A stretch of DNA of 64,000 bases, from contig JAGIQG010000006.1 in assembly GCA_024679065.1 (NCBI GenBank), forward strand, positions 72,354,001 to 72,418,000, read 5' to 3'. The notes beneath the pieces were generated by a model. That model made no database searches, had not been told where the DNA came from, and saw only the letters and a program-made list of their open reading frames with translations. Position 1 is the stretch's first letter. Each line of letters begins with the position of its first letter. A program made the translations under genes and the position numbers. The DNA comes from Sphyrna mokarran (taxonomy: Eukaryota). This document shows positions 12,543 through 24,607 of the stretch, in pieces.

Positions 12543-12984
12543 CATTATGAACTCTTAGATTTAGCTGTATATATCACTTTATTTCAAGTTACACTCAAAT
12601 CTCTTGCCTTCTCCATTAACTCTTGTCCAATGCAGTGTGAGTGAAGCACAGGTCTTTGGTGACTTTACTAGACATATTTCTGTTGTCACTTTTCACCATT
12701 TCTATAGCACCAAACAAAATAGTTTTAGGTGACTGCTTCTGATAATATAGTTTATAGGTGGTATTTTCCAGCCCTTTCCACTGCAGGGACTTCCCATGGC
12801 AAGTTCCCTTCTTAGCTGGAAAGGCAGCCAGCAATTTTGAATACTACTAGCTATTTCCTTCGAACTTGAATACATTTCCATTATTCCTATTCTTTTTTCT
12901 ACTGCTTAATGAATCTCTAGAAGATAAATAATCTTCCTTCAATTTGACCTTTAGTTTTAGCTATCCAGCCTCATATGATGAGGT

Positions 12985-13140
12985 CTTATGGCCCAGTGGG
13001 TAGTATCCTGGCCTCTGACTCAGAAACTCTTACATTGAGCCCACTTCAGGACATGATGGCCAGGGAAAATTGTGCTCACAACATATTCAATTGAGTATCA
13101 GCCTACAAGTCCTACCAAAACACACCAATGGTGGTTAGCG
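12985..13140 (+). mobile_element. Probable old tRNA-headed SINE 5' part
   Basis: A-box-like tggcccagtgggtag followed by gcctctgactcagaa; truncated at the Penelope insertion. Confidence 0.4.
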
Positions 13141-13143
13141 ATA

Positions 13144-13229
13144 TTCATTCATCCGCTGTTGTAGTGTCTGCATGGTCTCCCCAATGTACCAGGCATTGGG
13201 ACATCCTTTCTTGCAACATATTAGGTAGA
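13144..13229 (-). mobile_element. Penelope-like element GIY-YIG endonuclease fragment (inverted relative to the adjacent pLTR)
   Basis: Reverse complement translates YLICCKKGCPNAWYIGETMQTLQQRMNE. Confidence 0.88.
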
Positions 13230-13405
13230 ATCTGTTAACAGTCTGTGCTGGTATATTGGAGACCAGAACACCTCATTCACTTGACGAAGACCATAGGGTC
13301 GAAAGCTTGTGAGTTTACTATCAAATAAATTGGTTGGATTTAAACCTGGTGTTGTCAGACTTCTTACTGTGTTTACTCCAATCCAATGCCGGAATCTCTA
13401 TGTCT
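13230..13405 (+). mobile_element. Penelope-like element 3' pLTR end
   Basis: Hammerhead motif, then aataaa, then ttggatttaaacctggtgttgtcagacttcttactgtgtttactccaatccaatgccgg; homologous to 5389-5511 and 43486-43624. Confidence 0.85.
13275..13314 (+). ncRNA. Minimal type I hammerhead ribozyme motif (PLE type, C3->U core variant)
   Basis: ttcac-TTGACGA-a-GACC atag GGTC-GAAA-gc-tt-gtgag: perfect stem II, palindromic AAGCTT stem III region, stem I tcac/gtga. Confidence 0.72.
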
Positions 13406-13667
13406 TGGCATCCTGACAGTGCAAACCTGGTTGTACAATCCCGGCACTTCCAGGGGTCTATACCGGGGCAGTCACTCTGAGGAGTGCCATTGGTGAATTT
13501 CCCTTTAGGAGTGAGACAGAGGTGCTTATGTGAGAGGGTCAGTCATATCCAATGGTGGGGGGTAATTTCCTTTTAACACAGGTTGGGATGCTCTTTAAAA
13601 AATCCCTGTGGAGCCAGTATTGCCGGATCTATCAAGCACCACCTCACCTGCTTGACAGCAGAAAACA

Positions 13668-14655
13668 CAGCACCAGATTTCCTTTGCACTGAGTGCCAGA
13701 GAATCTGGAGAGAAACCTTAGTTGTGTGGCTGGAGAGCTACCTGCTGGTTTGCACATTCCAGCTAGCACTCTGCACATGGAATGTAAGATTCTGCCTCCT
13801 CAGAAGCCGCTAGTGTGTGATCAGCACACAAGACATAGGCCTCAATTTATTGAATGGCAGCTTCTCACTTCCCGCCACCTGAAAAGCTGTTGACTCCAAG
13901 TACCCCGCAGCTGTTATATACTCAAAAGAGCATTAAATGGCTGCAGGTGGATTTCCATCCCTCACTCAGTAGGAATTCCCACCTCAGCTACCTGCCAATC
14001 ACCCACTCCCTCATATCCAAACTCCTCCCAAATTTGCCATGCCTGACCTCCCTCCCCCACCAACACCCTGCCTTCTGACCGCCCAGCCCCACATGTCCAA
14101 GTTCCTCCCTTCTATATGCACCTCCCTACCCTGCTCACACTTCTTCCCCCTCCCAATGTCTGATATATTGGCCCAGATGTAATTTGGCACAGGTAAGTGG
14201 GTATGGTGTGACCATCCAATGCTGATTGCTGGATCAATTGAGTTGACTAATGGTGGTAGATGGATTTCCATGAGGGTAAATAAGAGATCGTCCAGTTTGG
14301 ACCAAGGAAGTATAGATCTGGAAGTTATTCAAATAATGAAAAATTATAAAGAAAGGAGGTCCAAAGAAATTCTTCTCAGGTAAGCAGGATAATGCTGCTG
14401 GCTTGCAGGAGTGGTGGTCTATCCATGTGCTTTTTAAATATGGCGCTCCGACTTTTGGTCCAGGGAAGCACAAGTTGGGGAGCTCCTGCTATTCCCTACC
14501 CCTTGCCGTACAATGGCTGGGCAACTCAACTGTACGTAAGTAATTGACTGACCATTGTGTGTTAGCATGTGTCAATTGTCCCACCTCCAAACAGAAGTCC
14601 TGTTTATGTTCAATCTTACCACTGGAATGCTTGCAACTGTAACCAGATTCTGTCC
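13668..14655. mobile_element. Decayed non-autonomous DNA transposon(s), Harbinger-like, possibly nested
   Basis: Imperfect inverted ends (gcaccagatttc ... agattctgtcc) and a C-rich core like similar inserts elsewhere in the window. Confidence 0.4.
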
Positions 14656-14684
14656 AGACTCATGTCTGTGTTCTCTTAGTACAA

Positions 14685-14917
14685 TTTGAAGAGCAGGAGT
14701 GTTTCTTCAGTATCCAGCACAATGTTTGTTTGTCAGACAACATTGCTATAACAGATTATCAGGTTATTATGGCATGTTGTTCGTGGGATCTTGCTGTTCT
14801 CAAAATGGTTGCCATGTTTCCTTTTTTATAACAATGATTACACTTGAAAAGTAGTTCGTTGACTGTAAAGTTCTTTGAGATGTCTTGAGGCCTTGAAAAC
14901 TGTTATATAATTGCAAA
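14685..14917 (+). mobile_element. Deu-domain SINE (SacSINE1/AmnSINE1-like) 3' part
   Basis: gaagagcaggag...acagattatc.ggttatt...gtgggatcttgctgt...aaaatggttgcc...ctgtaaag...tatataattgcaa; recognised from memory of the family. Confidence 0.72.
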
Positions 14918-14929
14918 GAGTACCAGAAT

Positions 14930-15128
14930 GGTGGAGTTCTCACCCACAGAAAGCAGTAACTCAATGAATAATTTTGAAACTGAAGCCAATTGATTTTTGC
15001 TAGACTTGGGCATCAAAGGATATAGAGCCAAAATAGACAGATAGAGGTAAGATATCAATCATCCATGGTTTTACTGAATTTCAGAACAGACTTAAAGAAC
15101 TGAATAGTGTATCTTTTATTCTTATGTT
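14930..15128 (+). mobile_element. Old CR1 3' end
   Basis: gatttttgctagac.tggggcatcaaaggatat...actgaat...ttcttatgtt tail. Confidence 0.65.
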
Positions 15129-15133
15129 TTTAA

Positions 15134-15482
15134 AAATTCATTTACGGGTAAAGCTGGTTAGACCAATATTTCTTGCCCAGTTCTAGTTGCCCTTCAGAAG
15201 GTAGTGACGAGCTGCCTTCTTGAACCACTGCAGTCCTGGAGGTATAGGTACACTCACAGTGCTGTTAGAGAGGGAGTTCCAGGATTTTAACCCTGTGACA
15301 ATGAAGGAATGGCAATATATTTCCAAGCCCAGATGGTGAGTAACTTGGATGGGAACCTCTCATTGTGGTTTTCCCAGGTATCTGCTGCCTTTGTCCTTCT
15401 AGATGGTAATGGTTGGGGTTTGGAAGGTGCTGCGTAAGGAATCTTGGTGCGTTTCTGCAATGCATCTTGTAGATAGTTCATT
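15134..15482 (-). mobile_element. 3' end of the same CR1-group family as 3693-5720
   Basis: Reverse complement matches 5230-5710 (e.g. aaaatcctggaactccctct, cagctc.tcactacc). Confidence 0.85.
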
Positions 15483-17061
15483 CCAATACTCCTGAATGCA
15501 CACAGGCATCCTTTCTGAGACCCTGCTCTTGTCATGGAGCCTTATTAATTATGAGTACTAGTCAGAAAACAGGGGCAAGTAGTAGTTCTAGTCTCTGTTA
15601 CCCTGAACACTACTGGCAACTAGAACAGAGCCTTGCAAAAATAAACTGATGGAAATGATCTGCCCATAGAACAAGTTCACCTTTTAAACAATGAGTGCTT
15701 GAAAATTATGCCAGCTAGAGAATTTTATTTTTTTGTTTTCAGTGCTAAGGCCAAATATATGATATCACAAGTTTCTTGCAATGTTCTGTCTGAAATCCAA
15801 TTCCACTGACATCCCTGGAACTAACTATCAGTTGAGATATCCCCTTGCTCTGTAATAGCAAGCAATTTGAGCAAATAGATTAACTGGTGAAAAGGGAGCT
15901 ATTTCTTCCTGTCCATTTTGCTGATAGGGTTTTACTTGTGCATCTTTTGTAACTTTGGCAACAAAGGTGCAGAAACTCATTAAACCTGGAGAAATAGTGG
16001 TTCTATTTACATTTTTCAAACCATCTTTTTGAAATTTGAGCCATATTAGTGTATATAAGATGACAAAAATCAATAAATGATTTTCTGAAAAATTAAAAGT
16101 AAAATGTGTATTACTATGAAGATTGCAAAAAAGAAAGAAAACCCATTGAATTAACCTCTGGTGTTCCATACAGTTAATGATTACAGCATAGAATAGGTTT
16201 GGCTATAACTGAATAAGTTATTAGTGGGACCAAAGGAAATACTACATGGGTCAATAATAAGAAAAAATATTATCAATCATAAAGTAGAGCTCAGTTCAAG
16301 AGGCTGCAGTGCTAGTGTGTCTTTCTCATTCAAGATGTTTATGTAAGACCCTGACTCGTCTGCCCTTTCAATCTCTGATTGGTTTCGAAGCATGCTGTGA
16401 TTTCAGAAGGAGCTAGCTACATTTTTAAACAGTGTTGTTTTTTTCATCCTTGAACATATTGACATCGAACTGAGAATGCAAGAGTAAATGATACTTCACA
16501 ATATAGCTAGAGGTCATGGTGCCAAAAGTTCTGTTAACTGAAAAAATGTACAATAGTTGGTATTTATTTTCCGTTATACAGACCTCTGGGAGATGCTCAA
16601 TCCCTCAGCAAAGCACAGACAATAAATAGATTATTTTGAAAGAATGGAACTCATCCATCAATTTGACCCCCTGTCTTTCAAGCTGATCGGTGCAAACGGC
16701 AGAAGACTGTATTCTCTTCTCATAAGGCTGAAAGTTTGGGTAAAGACATCTGATTTTTTTAAAAAAAACTGGCCAACTGCTGAAAAGGCTTACTCCTGCA
16801 TCTTTGCTCTAATATTAATGATCTGTCTTGATCTTCTGAAACAGCATCACCTTGTTGGTAATTATGCTGCGATACATACTACAGGTTAAAGTCAGCCAAG
16901 CAGGTACGAGACTGGCTGGTGTGGAATTTTTAAGTCCATCTAGGTCTCAAAAGCAAAACCACTCACTTAACTATGATCTTTTGTAATGTTTGAAGCAGTC
17001 CAACTACAAATTAAAAACATTTTATTAAAAGTTTGAATGAAGGCTTTATAATATTAATAAG

Positions 17062-17415
17062 ATGGTGGCTTTGTGGTAATGTCACTCGACTAGTCATTCA
17101 AAGGCCCAGGCTAATCTTGTGGGGAATCTTACAGATTCAATACAGCAATTAATAAAATCTGGAATTGAAAACTAGTCTCGGTAATGGTGACCATGAAACT
17201 ATCATTGATCATTATAAAGACTGATGTCCTTTAGGGAAGGAAATCTGCCAGCCTTGCCTGGTTTGGTCTACATGTGAATGCCAACCCACAGCAACATGGT
17301 TGATTCTTAACTGCCCTTTGGGATAGCCGAGCAAGCCACTCAGTTCTAAAGCAATTCGGGATTGATAACAAATGCTGGCTTTGCCAGTGATGCCTACATC
17401 CTATGAAAGAATTTT
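17062..17415 (+). mobile_element. tRNA-derived SINE with conserved central domain (Meta-domain-like) and tail shared with the 3693-5720 LINE
   Basis: Head ggtggctttgtggtaatgtcact; core gatgtcctttagggaaggaaatctgcc...cctggtttggtctacatgtga; tail aaatgctggctttgccagtgatgcctacatcctatgaaagaa. Confidence 0.75.
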
Positions 17416-17424
17416 TAAAATTTA

Positions 17425-17945
17425 TAAATTTATAAAATATAGGAGCGGAGTTGGATCTTATGCCCATCAGATCTGCTCTGCCATTCATTATGATCATGGC
17501 TGAACTTATATCTCAATTCACTCTCTGACACTGTTCCTTAACCCTTAATTTCATTATTTCATCAATCTATCTTGAGTATGTTCAACAACTGAGCATTTAC
17601 AATCCTTCAGATTGGAGAATTTCCATGATCAACAGCTTTTATAAAGGAATTCCTGCTCTCAACCCTTAGAACTTAGTTCTAAATCTCCAGGGGAAGCATC
17701 CTTCCAACATCTATTCTATCAAGCTCTTTAAGAATTTTACGTATTACAATGAAATCACGAACATTCATCAAAATTTCAGGGAATGGATTACAGGTCCATT
17801 CAGTCTCTCATAGGACAACATTCTATCTCACGCACCTGACTACTGAACGTTCATAGTGCTCCCTCCAAGATTCATATGGGAGGCCAAAATTGTACATAGA
17901 ATGCTTGGTACTCTCTAGGACCCCATAAAATCGCAATAATTTTGA
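17425..17945 (-). mobile_element. CR1 3' fragment
   Basis: ataggagcggagttgg...ctgccattcattatgatcatggctga terminus, typical of reverse-oriented CR1 tails here; decayed RT C-terminus follows. Confidence 0.78.
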
Positions 17946-20900
17946 AAGTAACATGAGGAGCAATGATAGGATATACGCAATGAATGAATTTTGTTTTGAA
18001 GAGTTAAATGGATACAATCTGTTGCTTTTGTCATGTAACAGAAAGAGTAAGGTGTTGATCCTTTCAGCCTTGGGTGGGAAGAGAACGAATTCAGGAACAA
18101 TGATCCCTTTACTACTATCTCCTTCTCCTTGGTTTTGCTTTCTAGTGTTAAGGGAAAGTCAAATTAAGTAGAGTATAAATCATGCACCTGCCCCATTCCT
18201 GCCAGGTGAGTAGTCCAAAATTGGTTGCTTAATCTAAAAGAGGTGTAAAAATAGGCTTCCTGACAGCTCAGTGGTTGTTATATCATTTATCATGTTACAA
18301 AACTGTGAGGTGTATGGCTACATTGCTGCTCTGGGCTGCCTTAGCTAACGTCAGCCAAAGTTTGTTCTTTTGATTATTGTCCAGTGTTCTTTCCTGAAAA
18401 TACACAAGATGCTAAACTATGAAGACCTGACAATTGCAGTGCTGGCACTCTGCACCAAAAGTGCCTTTCTTTCCAGCCATCAGGTTCATATTAGAAGCAT
18501 TACCACTTGAGCAAACGTGAGGCCCCTCACTCACCTTCATTTCTGGGCCTTGTTCTCCCTAATAATCTCATGCCCCTCCCGACTCCACCCACTCTTGTCC
18601 CACGGAATGCAAAGGCAGAAGCCACAAAATAGACAAATTGATCACTGTTTTTTAACTTTTAAAACACACCTCTACAATAATTACTTATCTCTTGTCAGAA
18701 TGACAATAACGATGGACAACTTTATGATGTGTGAGGTGAGCAAACATGGAACTTGCTGATGAGCAACAAGATGGAAAAAAATCAGTTGATGACATCACTG
18801 CAGCACAGGCCAGTGCAGGACAAAATGAGCCAAATACTCTACTCAACAAGGTGCTTTCAATATATTTCACAGCCTCATTCGATTTCAATAATAAAAATTA
18901 ACTTCTTTAATTACTCTCAAAAAGTAAAATAAGTTATTGCCATACGTTCATACGAGTGGAGTGTCCAGTCAGTTCAAGTAAAATATCAACAGCTTTGTCC
19001 TCGAGATTTTCTGCAGGCCAGTCTTGAGAGTGATAGTGATTAAAACTCCCAGCATGTGACCGATGCAGCCATTATATAGACCAGAAGTGGTTTATTTTGA
19101 AAAGCAGAATTTAAACAAAAGAATATGGAAGAGGACAGATATTTTAGGTTTTCTTTAAGACCTCCAGACACTAAGAAGCATGGAATTGTAGCCTGACAAA
19201 ACAAAGAAATCACTTTCATCAGTGGTTTTCAGCTGTTGTGCTCTGCTCTTCATGGCTTGATTCACAAAACTCAATTTAATCCCTCATTGTGTGGCTAACC
19301 ACCAAACCTCTCCCTCACTTTTTGTCATGGTATCACCCATGCCTCAATAAGTTGACCTTTCATTACCAATTTTTCCGTTCTTTCAGACTCACCAATCTGA
19401 GTCTGATTTCACTCTGCATTTTCTGCTGTAAGGCACATTTGTTTGAGCCTCGTGCATTGGCCCCTTGCAGGACACTACTGTTTCTTGGGGCCCTTTAACT
19501 AGGCATGATGTGTTTCATTGTAAATCTGCCTCTGTCGCTGTGCACTAGCATACTGTCCAGATTCAAGCATGAAGAATACCATTGGGCCAAAGTGCAGAGG
19601 GGACCAACATGATTCATTACCTTCAAGTGCAGTGGATAAGAAAAACTATTATAAGGGAAAAAAATGTAGTTAAGAAATCAAACTTGTGAACATAACAGTA
19701 TTACTAAATAACTGATCAAAAATAAAAGCACCAAAATGATATATGAAGCAGTAAGAGATCTCTACAATAAATAATTGTGAGTGAAACTTAACAATGGAAG
19801 CTTGAGGGTAATAATGATCAAAAGTAGTAGAAATGTATCCCAATGATATGATTCAATATATATATGAATCTGATACAATGGAAGCTTTCTGAATTATTTC
19901 ACCTGTTAGTGAAGTTATTACTGCTGTCTTTCCAAAAATATGTTAATGTCTATCCATCCTGTTTAATGATTCCAAAATAGAGAGACTGGAGAATATTACT
20001 TATTATCTTTTCATTCTTTTCATTCTAATCATCATTTCCTTTTGTGAAGCATTAGCCTGAAATCAGCTCTTTAATTTTCAGGTATGCAGCAATTGATTTG
20101 GAAAGTATCTCTGCGGTACTAGGGATCCTGGGGGATTCCATTTCATTCAATCACTACCTGAGAGATTTAGTAATGGCTTTATTACTTTCTAAGGAAAGAC
20201 TCAGCTCAATCTGACTCCGCAATTAATTCAATACCTGTTCCTGAAGTCGTGGGACGAGGAATTTTGTAGCCAATATCCTAACCGTCTGGGAATAAATATT
20301 AAAGCAGTATATTGAAACGCATTAGCTTTCTGCTTCAGCATATCACTGGCTATGTACCAGCGAAGTCTGAGATACAGGGGAAAATAACAGTAAAATATGA
20401 ATTCAAACTCCAGGGGTTTTAGTTGGACCTGAGCTTAGAACTTTCCATTTGCTTGCACAATATTTTGATTTAATTCATCCTCAAATTTCTGAGGAAATTG
20501 CTGCTTACAATGTGATTTCATCATTGGATGTTGAAATGGAGAATTTGTGTACTTATTTATCAGCTTGTGGGAGAAGCACTCCAATTGACAGAAAATATTT
20601 CAATTTTCATCTCAGTCAAAGCCAGCCTTTTAAATATTTTCTTTTTGAGCCTTACTGTTAATGAGACCATTCTTGCTATGAGTGCTACCCATGTCAAATT
20701 TACTTTACTATGGCTTGATTTTCTTAATTTTTTTACTTGTAGGTTACTTTGCCTGGTGAGAAGGGAGATGACTCTTCTGAACTCCGTAAATGAAAACTGT
20801 AATAAAAACATGGCACACAATGATAGAGGGTGTGTGGTCAATTCATTCTTAGAGTAGAGGTAAGCAAGTTATTTAAATTGCTAATACAAATTGTGTTCCT

Positions 20901-21404
20901 AACTTTCATAAACAACTAGCAGCTGTGTGTCTGTGAAATTTTTTTTAATGAAAACGTCATTTCTGCTAACATTGTATTTTCAAAGAATGCAATCAATTTC
21001 TAAGCTCATCCCGGCATTCCCAGCTGAGTTTTAAAATATGACTAAGTTAGCTTTAAAGCTTAGCATAATTAGTTACTTAGGTAGAAATATTTTAAAATGA
21101 AATCTTTTAATGGAAGCAAAGCATACAAACGATCTCACAAAGTGCCAAAATATCTCGCTACAGTCTATTTTAGAACATACGCATACTTCTTGCCCTACTT
21201 TTTTGGGTCCTGAAGTTACATTTGATTTAAGGCGAATAAATGTGCTGATCTTAAAAGTTAAAACAAAATGAACAGCACAAGTGGCAACTTCCCTGGGCTA
21301 TCTACTTAATCGACACATTTGTGCCTGTTTTGGAGGCTGCCATATCTTGTCTTACTTATTCAGCTTCCCATAAAAGCTAGGGAAGCATAGAGAGTTTGTA
21401 CGTC

Positions 21405-22060
21405 TGGGGAGGAATTTAGTGTTGATGATAGGAGTCTCAGTTGTTGGCTGGAGAGCTAGCGACATCGCCATGTCCCTACTTTACAGAAAGGCCTGCTGGT
21501 AACATATTCCAATCAGGCAGTTGATAGGTCTTTTCATGGGATCACAACCCCAATGTTGAAAGTCCATCTTCTGAGATTTGCCTGTCAATCGAAGGCCATT
21601 TTGAATGACAGCACCACTGGGAAGGTAGCGACAGCTGTTGGAATGACAATTACCTGAGGTCCAGGGCATAGCTTAGAGCTGAGGAAGAAGAAGCAGGGGT
21701 TTGTGAGGTGGAGTTGTGGGGGAGGGGTGAAAGGAATTCAGCAACAAGGACATGCAACAAGGACTGTCAATGTTGGGTCCTATGATTGGTGTATTTGAAC
21801 AAGAGTTTCCTCCAGTAACTGGCAAGAGTTTGTAATTCATACCACATAGAGAATTAATTGCCAACTGAAGGGGCTAAATTGGCAGTGGGCCAGAAAGGCT
21901 ATCCACAGGCCTTCCCACCACTAATTAAGTGAGCTGGAGGCATGAAGGTGGCATATACCCATCTCCTACCCTTCTGCCTCATTAAATGTCCCTCAAACAG
22001 GTGAGGGAACATGATTCCACCCCTTGTCTCACCCTTATACAGGGAAAGTCGCAGTCCCAT
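21405..22060. mobile_element. Decayed non-autonomous DNA transposon (Harbinger-like)
   Basis: Starts ggggaggaattt and ends ...aaagtcgcagtccc; internal motifs shared with other such inserts. Confidence 0.4.
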
Positions 22061-22081
22061 ATAAGGTGACATGACAAGTTT

Positions 22082-22344
22082 AGTTAGACACAAAATATAG
22101 GAACCTGAAACAAAAACAGAAATATGCTGGAAAATCTCAGCAGGTGTAACAACATCAGTGAAGAGGGAATAGAATCAATGTTTCTAGTCTAGATGACTCT
22201 TTGTCAGAGCTGCCATCTCTATCAGCGAGGCATGTTGAGATTCCACTGCTGTCCAGTGCACTGATGAAGTATCATCCAGGCTCGAAATGCTGGATCTATT
22301 CTTTCTCCACAGATGCTGTTAGACCTGCTGAGTTTTTCTTTTTG
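22082..22344 (-). mobile_element. Fold-back Penelope-like miniature element (second family) with two inverted hammerhead relics and 11-bp TSD
   Basis: Arms ctcagcaggtgtaacaacatc.gtg.aga / tctccacagatgctgttagacctgctgag. HHR-like ctgatgaagtatcatccaggctcgaaa at 22261-22287 and an inverted copy at 22172-22210. TSD atgacaagttt at 22071-22081 and 22345-22355. Confidence 0.82.
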
Positions 22345-23299
22345 ATGACAAGTTTGATACCAGTTTGAGAGCTGGCTTATCTCAGTCTTAGACTTTCAGG
22401 GTTAATATCCATTATTAAAACAGGGTCATATCTGAAGTGGAAGTGAAGGGTGGGTGTTATTGTGTTTTTGTGTGATAACGTAAAATAGGTATTATTGGAT
22501 CAGCCCTTCATTAACATTGTCCATTTTACATTATCACTCAAAGTCGGAGTTACCACCCTAACCCCCAGCTGTGTAAATTCAGTCTACATTTTCTTCTTCT
22601 GTTGAATAATCCTGCGTTAGTTCCCATGCTCATCTTGTGTTGGATTCTGGATTGCTTCTTCCTCACACATTCTTAAATATTTACATACCTTTAAATTAAC
22701 TTTTGGAAAAATCATCAAGCTGGTATAATTGGTTCAATTTGGTCCCAGTGTCAGGGCCCTGAAGCCTTTGGGAAAATATAAACCATGAGACATCAGATAA
22801 AAAGCCAGTTATCTTCCTTACTCGTCTTAGCAAGTGAGTATGTGAGCTGAATCATGGTCGGGTCTCTCATAATGCATCCTCGGATTGAGAGACCCCTGAG
22901 GAGCCTTCATTGTCCCCCTGTTGCACAACCCCCTGTGAAACACTGCAGGCCCTGTGGGAGAGTAGAGATATGAATTGGACCTGTTAAGAAATGAATGTTT
23001 TAACTGATCTTTATACTCATTATATACTTCACTGACGCCAAGCCAATGTGAGTGAACATTGTGTATCACGTGATTGTCTGATATTCAATTTGGTCACCAA
23101 ATATTTTGGAAGGGCCCCATCTCCAACAGCCAAACATGTGGAGATTCCGTTAATGTTCAGTGCTTCCTCCTCTGCAGTTATCATTATGAGGCTGTTAGAG
23201 GCCAGGTCTTTAAGATATTAAGATACAAATGAAAGTCTGTGATTCAAACTAAAGGAGACACATTTAAATTAAGAAATTGCAAGCAAGATTTGTAGAGGG

Positions 23300-23518
23300 A
23301 ATTCCCATAACCCCATACATTTACCCTGGTTATTCTCCCTGGAACTAAAAGGCAATTTAACATAGCCAATCCATCTTTGGGCTGTGAGAGGAAGCCAGAA
23401 TAAACCCACACCGACAGCATGCAAACTCGGCACAGGCAGCAACCCAAGCCAGGAATCAAACCTAGGTCCCTGGCACTGAGAAATTGCAGTGCTGACCATT
23501 GTGCAACTGTGCCGCTCC
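23300..23518 (-). mobile_element. HE1-like V-domain SINE, inserted in an old CR1 3' end (~23170-23670)
   Basis: Reverse complement ggcacagttgcacaatggtcagcactgc...gggacctaggtttgattcctggcttggg...tggattggctatgttaaattgcc. Confidence 0.85.
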
Positions 23519-24607
23519 ATATTCTGGGATTTACTTTATTTCTTTAGGATAGCACTGTGTATGTGTGCAGCACTTTTTGCAAGGGCAAAATTTGTGAGTT
23601 GTCTGTCAAAAAAGGAATATTTGTTGGGTTGAATAGTCTTTCCTTGTCCCATTTTCATTAGATAGAGTTGCCTAAAGCAGCAGTGTGCAACAAAATTTTC
23701 AGAAGAATTTTATGTATCACTATCACCATAAAAACAGTAAGATGTAAGTGTTACTTCTTTCAAAATGGAGACTGTGCTGTGAGGTGTTACTGTAAATTTG
23801 TAGTGCTGGTAATCGTGTTAGCATCAGTGCACATAGACTACTACAGTGCAAGCTAGCAGCTGTCTAATTGCAATTTTGTAATTAATAATTACACAGTAGA
23901 AAATGATTTGCAATTAGCTCCTCCTAAATCATAATTTAAACAGTCAAAATTACACTACAAACAGCAGTGTAATTAAAACACTTCTGTGGAGTGCTTATTT
24001 AAACCTCATACAGTTACAGAGAATTTCTCAATCACATTCTTCAGCTGAATCATACACTTAATTAGTCTTTAGTACTCAGAGGAAATTGGCTTTATTCAAT
24101 AAGTGTCAATAATGCCAAACAAATGTAAATGTTACATTGACAGGTTGCTGCAATCTTTATCATACATTTTTTTAAAATGGTAATTGAATTCCAGACAGCA
24201 TTTTAATGAGATAAGCTGAGTTTTTCTTGGCATGAATATACTGAATTTAAAATCTATGAAAATTGATGGGAAAACAGTTCTTTACTCCCCATAGCATTGT
24301 TCCTGTGAAGGTTTTATTCACTGTTTCAATACATAAAGATGGAATAATATTCATTGTCAAGCAATTTTCTTTTTTAACAATGATCGTTAACAATGCTAGC
24401 AAAAACATGAACTGTGCCTTGAAAATAACTTGGGTTCAGGCTTATCAAATTCGATATGTCTACGCATGTGTGTTTTCAAGAATCAGATATTTCCTTGACC
24501 AACCAGCAAGGCAGCAACTGACCAAATCAGTAAGATGACACCATGTTGTGTTCTTGCTGTAGGGCCACTTCCCAGTTAGAACATAGTGACTATCAGTGTC
24601 ATTAAGA

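Noticed and set aside
18760-18850. WKKSVDDIT as an RT catalytic motif
   Set aside because: Single short motif with no supporting flanking RT motifs.
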